Origin: Blastocatellia bacterium
GTDB lineage: Bacteria > Acidobacteriota > Blastocatellia > Chloracidobacteriales > JADJPF01
Reading direction: 5' to 3'
Assembly: GCA_025057015.1 (NCBI GenBank)
Contig: JANWYG010000010.1
Location: 478,506 to 542,505, forward strand
DNA: 64,000 bases
The notes under the pieces: model-generated
Told to the model about the DNA's origin: nothing
Seen by the model: the letters and a program-made list of their open reading frames with translations, nothing else
Database searches by the model: none
Shown here: piece after piece, positions 20,561 through 28,727 of the stretch
How the letters are laid out: each line of letters begins with the position of its first letter
Numbering within the stretch: position 1 is the first letter of the stretch
Position numbers and translations under genes: made by a program

Positions 20561-22286
20561 TGCTTCTAGTAAGGAAGCTCTGCAGGCACTACGTCTTCTC
20601 CTGCTTACTGTAGAGAGTACTTCAGCAGAGAGCGAACAGTTGAGAGAGCTATTGTTGGGTCAGTACGAGTTGGATGAGTTAAGTGCTCTACGTAAGCTGC
20701 TTTTTGGAGAGCAGTTGAGGCAAATAGCTGAACTGCAGAGGCGCCTTGACGATGCTAAGATCCGCAGCCGTGAGGTAAGCCGCATATTGCCAGAGGCTAT
20801 CATACTGCGCGCAGCTAGAGACAAACACCTTGTGAAGGCTCTGTCTCCGGTATTTGAAGAAGCCTTCTTGTCTTTGCTTAGACGTGAACCTCGCAAGTTT
20901 GCTGAATCGATAGCTCCTGTCATAGGACCTGCTGTTCGTAGGTCGATTCAGCTGGCTTTGGCTCAGTTGCTGCAATCTCTCAATCAGACTTTGGATTATG
21001 CTTTATCTATAAAGGGTTGGAGCTGGCGTTGGGAGGCATTTCGCACTGGTAAGCCTTTCGCCGAAGTGGTTATCAGTCATACTCTGCTGTATCGAGTTGA
21101 GCAAGTGTTCCTAATTCATCGTAAGACAGGTCTGCTTTTACAGCACGTAGTAGCTGGAAGCATACAGTTTCAAGACCCTGATCTGGTTTCAGGCATGCTG
21201 ACTGCTATAAAGGACTTCGTGCAAGATTCTTTCGGTGAGACCGAGCGTGGGTTAGAAACCTTGCAGTTAGGCGATTTGGCCGTTTGGATTGAACAAGGAC
21301 CGCATGCAATACTGGCTGTCGTGATCAGAGGGATTGCGCCGCAAAGCTATCGAGCGGTGTTGCAGGACTCTCTGGAAGGCATACACGTAGAGTATGGTTA
21401 TCTTTTAGACGAGTTTGATGGGGATGCTGCTGCTTTTGAGTCTTGCCGTCCGCAGTTAGAAAGATGCTTGCAAATGCAACTAAAAACTAGTCCTGCGTCG
21501 ACAAACAAGGCTGTTCCAGCATTGCTGGCCGTGCTAGGTTTCATTCTTGTTAGTATAGTGGTTTTTGTAGTGTGGTCGATCTATGGACGCTACAGGTTTG
21601 AAGATTTAGTAAGAAGGGTTGATGCAGTTCCCGGAATAGTTGTTTTGTCTGCTGAGAGGCGTGAAGGTAAGTATTTCATTTCTGGATTGCGCGATAGGCT
21701 AGCTGACGAACCGCAAGTAGCTGATGCGTCGGTAGTTGTTAGTTGGGAGGCTTTCCAGTCTTATGAACCGGAAATAGTTAGAAGGCGACTTCTGAGTATG
21801 CTACAACTACCTAGGACAGTTATTATGGAGTTTCGTGATGGGATGCCTAGGTTTACTGGATGGGCTCGCCGGCAATGGTTGGTACGAGCGCAGGAAGTGG
21901 TGACGGCTATTGGAGTAGATAAGGCAGACTTTTCGGGTGTGGTCGACTTGGATTCTGTAAGAGAGCGACTGGAAGCACGAGAGCTGTACTTTTCGAGCGG
22001 AACGCAGCTTGTAGATGGGCAAAGGATAGATGCTATAGTCTCCGATCTGAAGCTGCTTGACGAAGCTAAAAAAGCTTTTGGCATACGTGTTGAGATATTA
22101 GGTTATGCGGATAGGAGGACGGGTACAAAGAGGGTTAATTTGTGGTTAAGCACTGCTCGTGCGCAGAGGATACGGGATATGCTAGTTGCTGAAGGTATTG
22201 ATCCTGCTTTGCTTGAGGCTAGAGCTGACAAAGATTTTCTAGAACAGCGTAAAGTGAAGCTTAGAGTATTTCTGCTTCAGGAGTGA
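20553..22286 (+). CDS. Bitopic membrane protein: cytoplasmic helical plus possible Roadblock-like region, one TM helix, periplasmic OmpA/MotB-like peptidoglycan-binding C-terminus
   Basis: 577 aa. The TM segment is VPALLAVLGFILVSIVVFVVWSI (residues about 320-343). The C-terminal sequence ILGYADRRTGTKRVNLWLSTARAQRIRDMLVAEGI is OmpA_C-like. It is coupled to both neighbouring genes. Confidence 0.75.
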   Translation: MDDASSKEALQALRLLLLTVESTSAESEQLRELLLGQYELDELSALRKLLFGEQLRQIAELQRRLDDAKIRSREVSRILPEAIILRAARDKHLVKALSPVFEEAFLSLLRREPRKFAESIAPVIGPAVRRSIQLALAQLLQSLNQTLDYALSIKGWSWRWEAFRTGKPFAEVVISHTLLYRVEQVFLIHRKTGLLLQHVVAGSIQFQDPDLVSGMLTAIKDFVQDSFGETERGLETLQLGDLAVWIEQGPHAILAVVIRGIAPQSYRAVLQDSLEGIHVEYGYLLDEFDGDAAAFESCRPQLERCLQMQLKTSPASTNKAVPALLAVLGFILVSIVVFVVWSIYGRYRFEDLVRRVDAVPGIVVLSAERREGKYFISGLRDRLADEPQVADASVVVSWEAFQSYEPEIVRRRLLSMLQLPRTVIMEFRDGMPRFTGWARRQWLVRAQEVVTAIGVDKADFSGVVDLDSVRERLEARELYFSSGTQLVDGQRIDAIVSDLKLLDEAKKAFGIRVEILGYADRRTGTKRVNLWLSTARAQRIRDMLVAEGIDPALLEARADKDFLEQRKVKLRVFLLQE

Positions 22287-22771
22287 AGGTGCAAAAGAAA
22301 GTGTGCATGGTCGGTGGTTTTGCCGTAGGGAAAACGAGTCTTGTAGCTCGCTTTGTGAAGAGCATTTTCTCTGAAAAGTATCTAACTACGGTAGGGGTCA
22401 AGATAGACAAGAAAGTAGTGCGTGTGAACGATAAGGAAATTACCTTGATATTGTGGGATTTGGCAGGCGAAGACGAATTTCTACAAGTACGGATGTCCTA
22501 TCTGCGAGGTTGTGCTGGATATTTGCTTGTTGCAGATGGCACGCGGCTTCCTACGTTGGAAAAGGCAGCCGATTTGCGCAGTCGAATAGAACGGGAACTG
22601 GGCCGGTTACCTTTTGTGCTGGCCGTAAATAAGCTTGATCTTGACAAACAGTGGGAGGTAGACGACGCTGCTATAAGAGATTTTGGAGCTGCAACTTGGG
22701 TAAAGACTAGCGCGAAAACTGGTGAAGGGGTCGAGGAAGCTTTTGCTATGCTAGTCAGACAAACGTGTTAG
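22283..22771 (+). CDS. Ras/Rab-like small GTPase
   Basis: G1 is GGFAVGKTS, switch I is YLTTVGV, G3 is WDLAGED, G4 is NKLD and G5 is TSAK. GTG 22283 overlaps the upstream stop (GTGA). GTG 22289 is an alternative start, 5 nt after AGGAG. Confidence 0.85.
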   Translation: MKVQKKVCMVGGFAVGKTSLVARFVKSIFSEKYLTTVGVKIDKKVVRVNDKEITLILWDLAGEDEFLQVRMSYLRGCAGYLLVADGTRLPTLEKAADLRSRIERELGRLPFVLAVNKLDLDKQWEVDDAAIRDFGAATWVKTSAKTGEGVEEAFAMLVRQTC

Positions 22772-22802
22772 TGTCTGGCAGACAAAAGCAAATATAGGTC
22801 AT

Positions 22803-24668
22803 ATGACACAAGATGTATTATTGGCTGATCTTTTTAATACTTTAGACATAGTGGTGTTTGAGAGAGTAGAGGAGGAGCTTTTCAAGCTGCTTACGCCGTT
22901 GCCTAGTTGGTTTATTAGGCTGTGTCCTGAGGGAGTTGTAGGCAGAGAGATACGTCTTGTAGGTAAGTTTGAGTTTTTGGACAATTTTCTGGTAGATGCC
23001 GAGTTACATTGGCAGAAGGGTAGTGGCAGGCTGAGATCTGGGCCTTGGCATGAGCTGGATGAGCAGAAAGTCGAGTATGTGCTAGAGGCCTCGGCTGTTT
23101 CGATCGGATCAAAGCGGTTGCTGTTGATAGAGTTTCTGAAGGTTAGCTATAAAGAACTAGAAACGATAGTTCAAAAAGCTCGGTTGAACAGCTTGCTGAT
23201 ATCTAGTTTGCTTAGGCAGCAGCGTAGCCTTGATGAAGATCGTAGAGCTGCGCTTGAAGCAAGCCGCTTCAAGAGTGAGTTTTTGGCAAACGTTAGCCAC
23301 GAAATACGCACTCCGCTGAATGCTGTGATAGGTTTAAGTGGCTTATTGATGGAGACTCCTCTTAGTGAAGTACAAAAAGAGCTTGTACAAACTGTGCGGA
23401 AAAGTGGTGAAGCGTTGCTTGATCTGGTAAACGACATATTAGATCTATCTAAGATAGAAGCTGGCAAGATAGATCTTGAAGTTCAAGAATTTGATCTTCG
23501 TAAGTGTATTGAAGAAGCCTTAGCCCTTGTAGGAGTTAGGGCAGCGGAAAAGAGCATCGATTTGGCTTACAGTATAGATGTTGGTGTGGGAGATTGTTTT
23601 ATTGGTGATGTAACGAGGCTGCGTCAGATTTTGGTAAATCTGCTTGGGAATGCCGTCAAGTTTACTGAGCAAGGGGAAGTGGTCTTGACGGTCAGCTGCG
23701 TTGACGGAGATTTGTTTTTTCGGATAAGGGACACTGGGATAGGGATAGAAAGGGAGAAGCTAGACAAGATTTTTCGGCCTTTTACTCAAGCTAGTAGTGC
23801 TGTGGCACTTAAGTATGGTGGTACGGGGTTAGGTTTGGCGATAAGTAAGAAGCTAGTTGAGCTCATGGGTGGGACAATCGGAGTTGAAAGTGAGCTGGGC
23901 AAGGGCTCATGTTTCTATTTCACTCTGCCGGTTAAACCTACAGCAACAGGGCTCTATCGGCATCTTGAAGAAGTTCAGCCGTGGCTTTTAGGCAAAAAAG
24001 TGCTGATCTCGGTTTCTGCTAAAACGACGCAGCGCTTGTTGATTGAACAGTGTGAGCGTTGGGGAATGCAAGTGCTTGCTGCTGATGCGGCAACTACTTG
24101 TGATGTTGCTATCGTGGATGCTGAGGGTGTTGGCGTGCGGGCAATGGCCGGCCGAATCCTTTTGTCTTATGTAGGGGCAAATCTAGGGGGAAGGGATTTT
24201 CTGGTATTGCCTAGGCCGTTTAGTCCCGACAGGTTGTATTACTTGCTTGCTAGGATCTTCGACCAGCTTGTCGAGAAGGATGCTGTCAGCGCAGGGCCGA
24301 TAGGTAAAAGGCTAAAGATACTGCTTGCTGAAGATCATCCGATTAATCAAAAAGTTACGTTGCTAATGCTTAAAAGCTTAGGTCAAGAAGCTGACGTTGT
24401 GGCAAACGGTCTAGAAGCCATAGAAGCGCTGCGGCGGAGGCATTACGATCTCGTCCTTATGGACGTTAACATGCCTGAAATGGACGGTCTTGAGGCTACG
24501 CGCGAGATCTGCCGATTATGGCCAGAAGGTAGGCCAAAGATAGTGGCTATGACGGCGAGTGCTATGCAAAGCGACCGCGAAGAATGTTTGCTTGCAGGAA
24601 TGGATAACTATATTACCAAACCTATACGCATTGAAGAGCTTCGCAAGTTACTCCAAGAATTGACCTAA
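22803..24668 (+). CDS. Soluble hybrid sensor histidine kinase (unknown N-terminal domain, HisKA, HATPase_c, degenerate REC-like spacer, REC)
   Basis: The H-box is [14 protein letters not shown] and the N-box is LGNAVKFT. G-boxes are DTGIGI and [11 protein letters not shown]. The C-terminal receiver has [11 protein letters not shown]...[13 protein letters not shown]...TKP. No TM segment was seen. Confidence 0.9.
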   Translation: MTQDVLLADLFNTLDIVVFERVEEELFKLLTPLPSWFIRLCPEGVVGREIRLVGKFEFLDNFLVDAELHWQKGSGRLRSGPWHELDEQKVEYVLEASAVSIGSKRLLLIEFLKVSYKELETIVQKARLNSLLISSLLRQQRSLDEDRRAALEASRFKSEFLANVSHEIRTPLNAVIGLSGLLMETPLSEVQKELVQTVRKSGEALLDLVNDILDLSKIEAGKIDLEVQEFDLRKCIEEALALVGVRAAEKSIDLAYSIDVGVGDCFIGDVTRLRQILVNLLGNAVKFTEQGEVVLTVSCVDGDLFFRIRDTGIGIEREKLDKIFRPFTQASSAVALKYGGTGLGLAISKKLVELMGGTIGVESELGKGSCFYFTLPVKPTATGLYRHLEEVQPWLLGKKVLISVSAKTTQRLLIEQCERWGMQVLAADAATTCDVAIVDAEGVGVRAMAGRILLSYVGANLGGRDFLVLPRPFSPDRLYYLLARIFDQLVEKDAVSAGPIGKRLKILLAEDHPINQKVTLLMLKSLGQEADVVANGLEAIEALRRRHYDLVLMDVNMPEMDGLEATREICRLWPEGRPKIVAMTASAMQSDREECLLAGMDNYITKPIRIEELRKLLQELT

Positions 24669-24727
24669 AGTTAGAGTCGTGGTATAGTCCTAATTGCCAA
24701 CTTTCTCTTTCTAGACTGAGGGAGGTT

Positions 24728-24961
24728 ATGAAGAAGTACGAAGAAGGTGTAGTCAGCAAATATCAGCTGATAAATGTAGCAGCTAGACGGTGCAGGCAAC
24801 TGCGCAGTGGTGCTACACCGAGGATACAATACAGCAGGAGCAAAAACTTCGCTCGGATCGCGTTAGAGGAAGTCAAGGCTGGAAAAGTGGGTTTTGAGCA
24901 ATTAGCAGTGCCTGCTCGACAAACAGTAGATGATAGCGAAGGGCTGCCAGTTGGGCTGTAG
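24728..24961 (+). CDS. rpoZ: DNA-directed RNA polymerase omega subunit
   Basis: 77 aa. YQLINVAARRCRQLRSGA matches the omega core helix. The RBS is GGGAGG. Confidence 0.8.
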   Translation: MKKYEEGVVSKYQLINVAARRCRQLRSGATPRIQYSRSKNFARIALEEVKAGKVGFEQLAVPARQTVDDSEGLPVGL

Positions 24962-25102
24962 CCTTAGCTTTATCTCTTCCTTTCCCTTGGCTGTTAATTA
25001 CCAATTAGCAGAGTAGCTGGTCTTGTAGGCTGAGCTTGCAAGCGGTGGAGGGCTAAGCGTCCTCTTCGCTGCAGTTTTTGTAACCCAGGCGAGGCGATAG
25101 TT

Positions 25103-25762
25103 TTAGTGTCTATGCCCAAAGATAGCCGAGCCTATTCTGACTATGGTAGCTCCTTCTTCGATGGCTACGCTGAAATCGTGGCTCATTCCCATCGATAGTT
25201 CGGTAAGTGGTTTAGGAAGTGTTGAGTTAAGCTCAGCTAATAGTTGGCGTAGCTTGGCGAAGTAGGGTCTAGTTCTTTCTGGATCTTCAAAAAAAGGTGG
25301 TAGTGTCATCAAGCCTCTGAAATCGAGCGAGCGGCTTGCGGCTAGTGTTGCAGCCAGTTCTGGTAATTCCTCGACGGAGGCACCACTTTTAGTAGGTTCT
25401 TTTGCCAAGTCGACTTGTGCAAGTACTACTAGTGTCTTGCCTATATCGCTTGCCAAGCGGTCTAATTTTCTTGCCAGAGCGACGCTGTCAACCGAATGTA
25501 TCCAATCGAAGAGTTCTACGGCTTTTCGTGCTTTATTTGATTGCAGGTGACCTATTAGGTGTTTTGTGATGCTGGTTGGAAGATGAGGAAACTTTGTTGC
25601 TGCTTCCTGTACGCGATTTTCGCCTATATCAGTTATGCCGGCTGCTATCGCCTCTAAGATAGTTTCTACGGGGAAGGTTTTCGTTACGGCGACAAGTCGA
25701 ACATTGCGGCCTTTGAGGTTTATTTGCTGACGGATGGCCTCTAAGTTGTTTTTGATCGACAT
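25103..25762 (-). CDS. yggS: YggS-family pyridoxal-phosphate homeostasis protein
   Basis: 219 aa. VAVTKT, GENRVQEA, HLIGHLQSNK and SMGMSHDF are YggS/PROSC motifs. Confidence 0.9.
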   Translation of the reverse strand: MSIKNNLEAIRQQINLKGRNVRLVAVTKTFPVETILEAIAAGITDIGENRVQEAATKFPHLPTSITKHLIGHLQSNKARKAVELFDWIHSVDSVALARKLDRLASDIGKTLVVLAQVDLAKEPTKSGASVEELPELAATLAASRSLDFRGLMTLPPFFEDPERTRPYFAKLRQLLAELNSTLPKPLTELSMGMSHDFSVAIEEGATIVRIGSAIFGHRH

Positions 25763-25859
25763 AAAGACTTTATACCTTCCTGGTGTGGCGATTTTTTCTT
25801 CTTTTGAATGTCAATGCTGTAGATAATACCCTAAACTGTTTTTGGGAGAGAAAGAGAGT

Positions 25860-26804
25860 ATGCTTAAGGTCGGGCTTCTTGTTGGCCGTGAGCGGTCTTT
25901 TCCTGATGCTTTGATCGCAGAGATAAACGGTCGTAACTGTGGTGTCGAAGCCGAGTATGTCAAAGTAGGAGAGTTTGCTGCTGGTAGCTCGACGGAGTAC
26001 CAAGTGATAGTTGATAGGATCTCGCATGAGGTGGTCTTCTATCAGCCGTTTCTGAAGGCTTGTGCTCTTGCCGGCAGCTACATCATAAACAATCCTTTTT
26101 GGCGACTGGCTGACGATAAGTTTTTTGGGGTGAATTTAGCTGAAAAGCTTGGTATAGCAGTACCTAAGACTATGATACTGCCGTCGCGTAGCTATCCTGA
26201 GAGCATAATCTCGGAGAGTTTGCGTAATCTCAAGCTGATCGACTGGGAAGAGGTGGTGGCATACACAGGACTACCAGCTTTCTTGAAACCACATTGGGGC
26301 GGTGGGTGGAAAGATGTAAGCAAAGTAAACAGCATACATCAGTTGATAGAGCGGTATAACCGCTCTGGTCAGTTGTGTATGATGGTACAAGAGGAGATCA
26401 AATGGCAGCAGTATGTACGCTGCATAGTCATAGGTCGTAAAGAGGTGTTGATCACGAACTGGGATCCAACGAAGCCACACTTTGAAAGGTACAAGGACTC
26501 TCATCAGAAACTTTCGCCAAAACTTGAACAGACCGTTCGTGAGCAAGCAATCAAGCTGAACGAAGCTCTTGGCTATGACATGAACACTGTAGAGTTCGCC
26601 ATACGTGATGGCGTACCTTATGCTATAGACTTTATGAATTCCGCACCGGACTTCGATATTACTTCGTTGACAGAGAGGTATTTTCCATGGGTAGTCAAGG
26701 TTATGGCCGATTTATGTATAGAGAAGGCCCAACAAGTGGCTCAGAGTAAACCTGTCTATAGGTGGGACTATTTGATAAACATCGCTGCTGGAGGCAAGAA
26801 GTGA
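25860..26804 (+). CDS. ATP-grasp family ligase (RimK / glutathione-synthetase-like)
   Basis: The N-terminus MLKVGLLVG is followed by an ATP-grasp-like core (AVPKT, PAFLKPHWGGGWKDV, MVQEEI, MNTVEFAI.DG.PYAIDFMN). A GGGAGAG RBS supports ATG 25860. Confidence 0.7.
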   Translation: MLKVGLLVGRERSFPDALIAEINGRNCGVEAEYVKVGEFAAGSSTEYQVIVDRISHEVVFYQPFLKACALAGSYIINNPFWRLADDKFFGVNLAEKLGIAVPKTMILPSRSYPESIISESLRNLKLIDWEEVVAYTGLPAFLKPHWGGGWKDVSKVNSIHQLIERYNRSGQLCMMVQEEIKWQQYVRCIVIGRKEVLITNWDPTKPHFERYKDSHQKLSPKLEQTVREQAIKLNEALGYDMNTVEFAIRDGVPYAIDFMNSAPDFDITSLTERYFPWVVKVMADLCIEKAQQVAQSKPVYRWDYLINIAAGGKK

Positions 26805-28147
26805 AAGTTTCAGAAGCAAGAGATTATTATCATGGACTGCTTGAACGCCATCTCGATTCTACTGTGGAGCTACTACATAGAGGTTCGCTGGAAAATGGCT
26901 TGTACTTTGGTAGTCGCTCAGTATGTACGGTTCTGAGGCCGTACTTTATAGACCGTGAGACGTATGCTTTCGTCAAGCGGGCTTCTGAGTTGGTTATGCG
27001 GGCTGTAGCGCGGCTGGGAGAATTGTTACTGACTGAGGCTGAGCTTCGGCGAGAGCTTGATCTGGAGCCGCAGGAAGAGGCTGTAGCTCTGATACCTTCG
27101 GGTTTCGGTAATCCTGACGTTAGTGCTAGGCTCGACGGTTTTCTCGCTCCCGAGGGAGAGTTTTACTTTGTCGAATATAATGCCGAAAGTCCAGGTGGGC
27201 TGGCTTATGGTGATGTACTGGCAGAGATTTTTATGCAGATGCCTGTTATGAAAGAATTTTGCGATAGGTATAAATGTAGCATCTTCCCGGTACGTGAGCG
27301 AGTCTATGAAAACCTCATTGCTGCATATCACCGTTGGGGCGGACATGATCTGCCGAACATAGCTATAGTTGACTGGTCAGGAGTTAGTACATACAGCGAA
27401 TTTGTCCTGATGAAGAAGCGTTTTGAAGAGCGTGGCTGTAAGGTTGTCATCTGCGATCCGGATGAGTTGGAGTATCGAAATGGTAGGCTTTACAGAGAGG
27501 ATTTCTGCATCGATCTGGTCTATAAGCGTGTCATAATAGGCGAATTGCTTACCCGCAAGGGTATAGACCATCCGATTTTCCAAGCTGCTAGAGATCGGGC
27601 AGTCTGTGTCTCAAACGGGATGGGCGTACAGATGCTTTACAAGAAGGCTATGTTTGCTTTGCTAAGTGATCCCGTTTTTTCTGCTCAACTTGGCTTAGAC
27701 GACGAGCTAGCTGCTGCGTGTAACAAGTATATACCTTGGACACGCAAACTACGTAGCTGTAAGACTAAATATGGTGATAAGGAGGTAGACCTTGTCGAGT
27801 TCACGTTCGAGAACAAAGAGCGTTTAGTGCTCAAGCCGAACGGAGAATATGGTGGTAAGGGAGTTGTGCTGGGTTGGGAAGCCTCGGATGAGCTTTGGAA
27901 AGATACTGTAAAGGAAGCACTTGACGGTGCGTCTTATCTGGTACAAGAGCGTGTTCCTCTTGGACGTGATATCTATCCAAGTTATATCGATGGTAAACTT
28001 GTCTTTGATGAGCGTTATGTGGATATAGACCCTTATGTATGGAATGGCACGCAGATAGAAGGTGCAGGTATAAGGCTCTCGAAGTTGGCTCTGCTGAACG
28101 TAAGTGCTGGAGGTGGATCGGCTACGCCTTTGGTGGTACTCGAATAA
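26801..28147 (+). CDS. ATP-grasp superfamily protein, glutathionylspermidine-synthase-like / circularly permuted type
   Basis: The GTG start at 26801 overlaps the upstream stop (GTGA) and sits 7 nt after GGAGG. RLDGF..GEFYFVEYNAESPGG, LVLKPNGEYGGKGVVLG and LVQERV are present. The subfamily assignment is from memory. Confidence 0.6.
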   Translation: MKVSEARDYYHGLLERHLDSTVELLHRGSLENGLYFGSRSVCTVLRPYFIDRETYAFVKRASELVMRAVARLGELLLTEAELRRELDLEPQEEAVALIPSGFGNPDVSARLDGFLAPEGEFYFVEYNAESPGGLAYGDVLAEIFMQMPVMKEFCDRYKCSIFPVRERVYENLIAAYHRWGGHDLPNIAIVDWSGVSTYSEFVLMKKRFEERGCKVVICDPDELEYRNGRLYREDFCIDLVYKRVIIGELLTRKGIDHPIFQAARDRAVCVSNGMGVQMLYKKAMFALLSDPVFSAQLGLDDELAAACNKYIPWTRKLRSCKTKYGDKEVDLVEFTFENKERLVLKPNGEYGGKGVVLGWEASDELWKDTVKEALDGASYLVQERVPLGRDIYPSYIDGKLVFDERYVDIDPYVWNGTQIEGAGIRLSKLALLNVSAGGGSATPLVVLE

Positions 28148-28640
28148 GCATCTCTGCTATCTTGCTTGCGGCTTCTTCTATGCTCAGCGAAGAAACGTCT
28201 AGTTGTAGATCTGCTAGCTGGTAGATTGGTAGCCGTTCTCTATATAACTTCTCGAAATTAGAGCGGTCTGAAAAAAGCGGGCGTAGAGTATCGTTTTGTA
28301 GCCTCTTATAAATGGTTTCCAGCGAACAGTGTAGAAACACTGAGATGCCGTTTTGTATGATCAAGCGGCGGTTTTGAGGATTGATGAATGTCCCGCCGCC
28401 TAGCGAGACTACTGCTGGTTGATGAGCTACGATCTGCGTGAGAAGCTCTCTTTCTAATTGCCGGAAATGTGCTTCGCTGTGTTCGGTAAAGATTTCTTTT
28501 ATCGACTTTCCGCTACTTTTTACTATTTGTTCGTCTAGATCTATAAACTGGACTGAGACTAATCTGGCAAGTTCTCGACCTACGGAGGTTTTTCCGCAGC
28601 CCATAAATCCTGTTAAAAAGGTCATAGATTTTAAGATCAT
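28122..28640 (-). CDS. aroK: Shikimate kinase
   Basis: 172 aa. The P-loop is GFMGCGKTSVGRELA, with D..I, LGGG and an LID-like region. Its 3' end overlaps the convergent ATP-grasp gene by 26 nt. Confidence 0.9.
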   Translation of the reverse strand: MILKSMTFLTGFMGCGKTSVGRELARLVSVQFIDLDEQIVKSSGKSIKEIFTEHSEAHFRQLERELLTQIVAHQPAVVSLGGGTFINPQNRRLIIQNGISVFLHCSLETIYKRLQNDTLRPLFSDRSNFEKLYRERLPIYQLADLQLDVSSLSIEEAASKIAEMLIRVPPKA

Positions 28641-28727
28641 AGCTACAAAGTATATTCTTTAATCTGCTTTTCTTGTAGAATCGGCAACGCTGAAGAAAGC
28701 TTCCTAACCGGAGGGAGGTGAGAAAAT

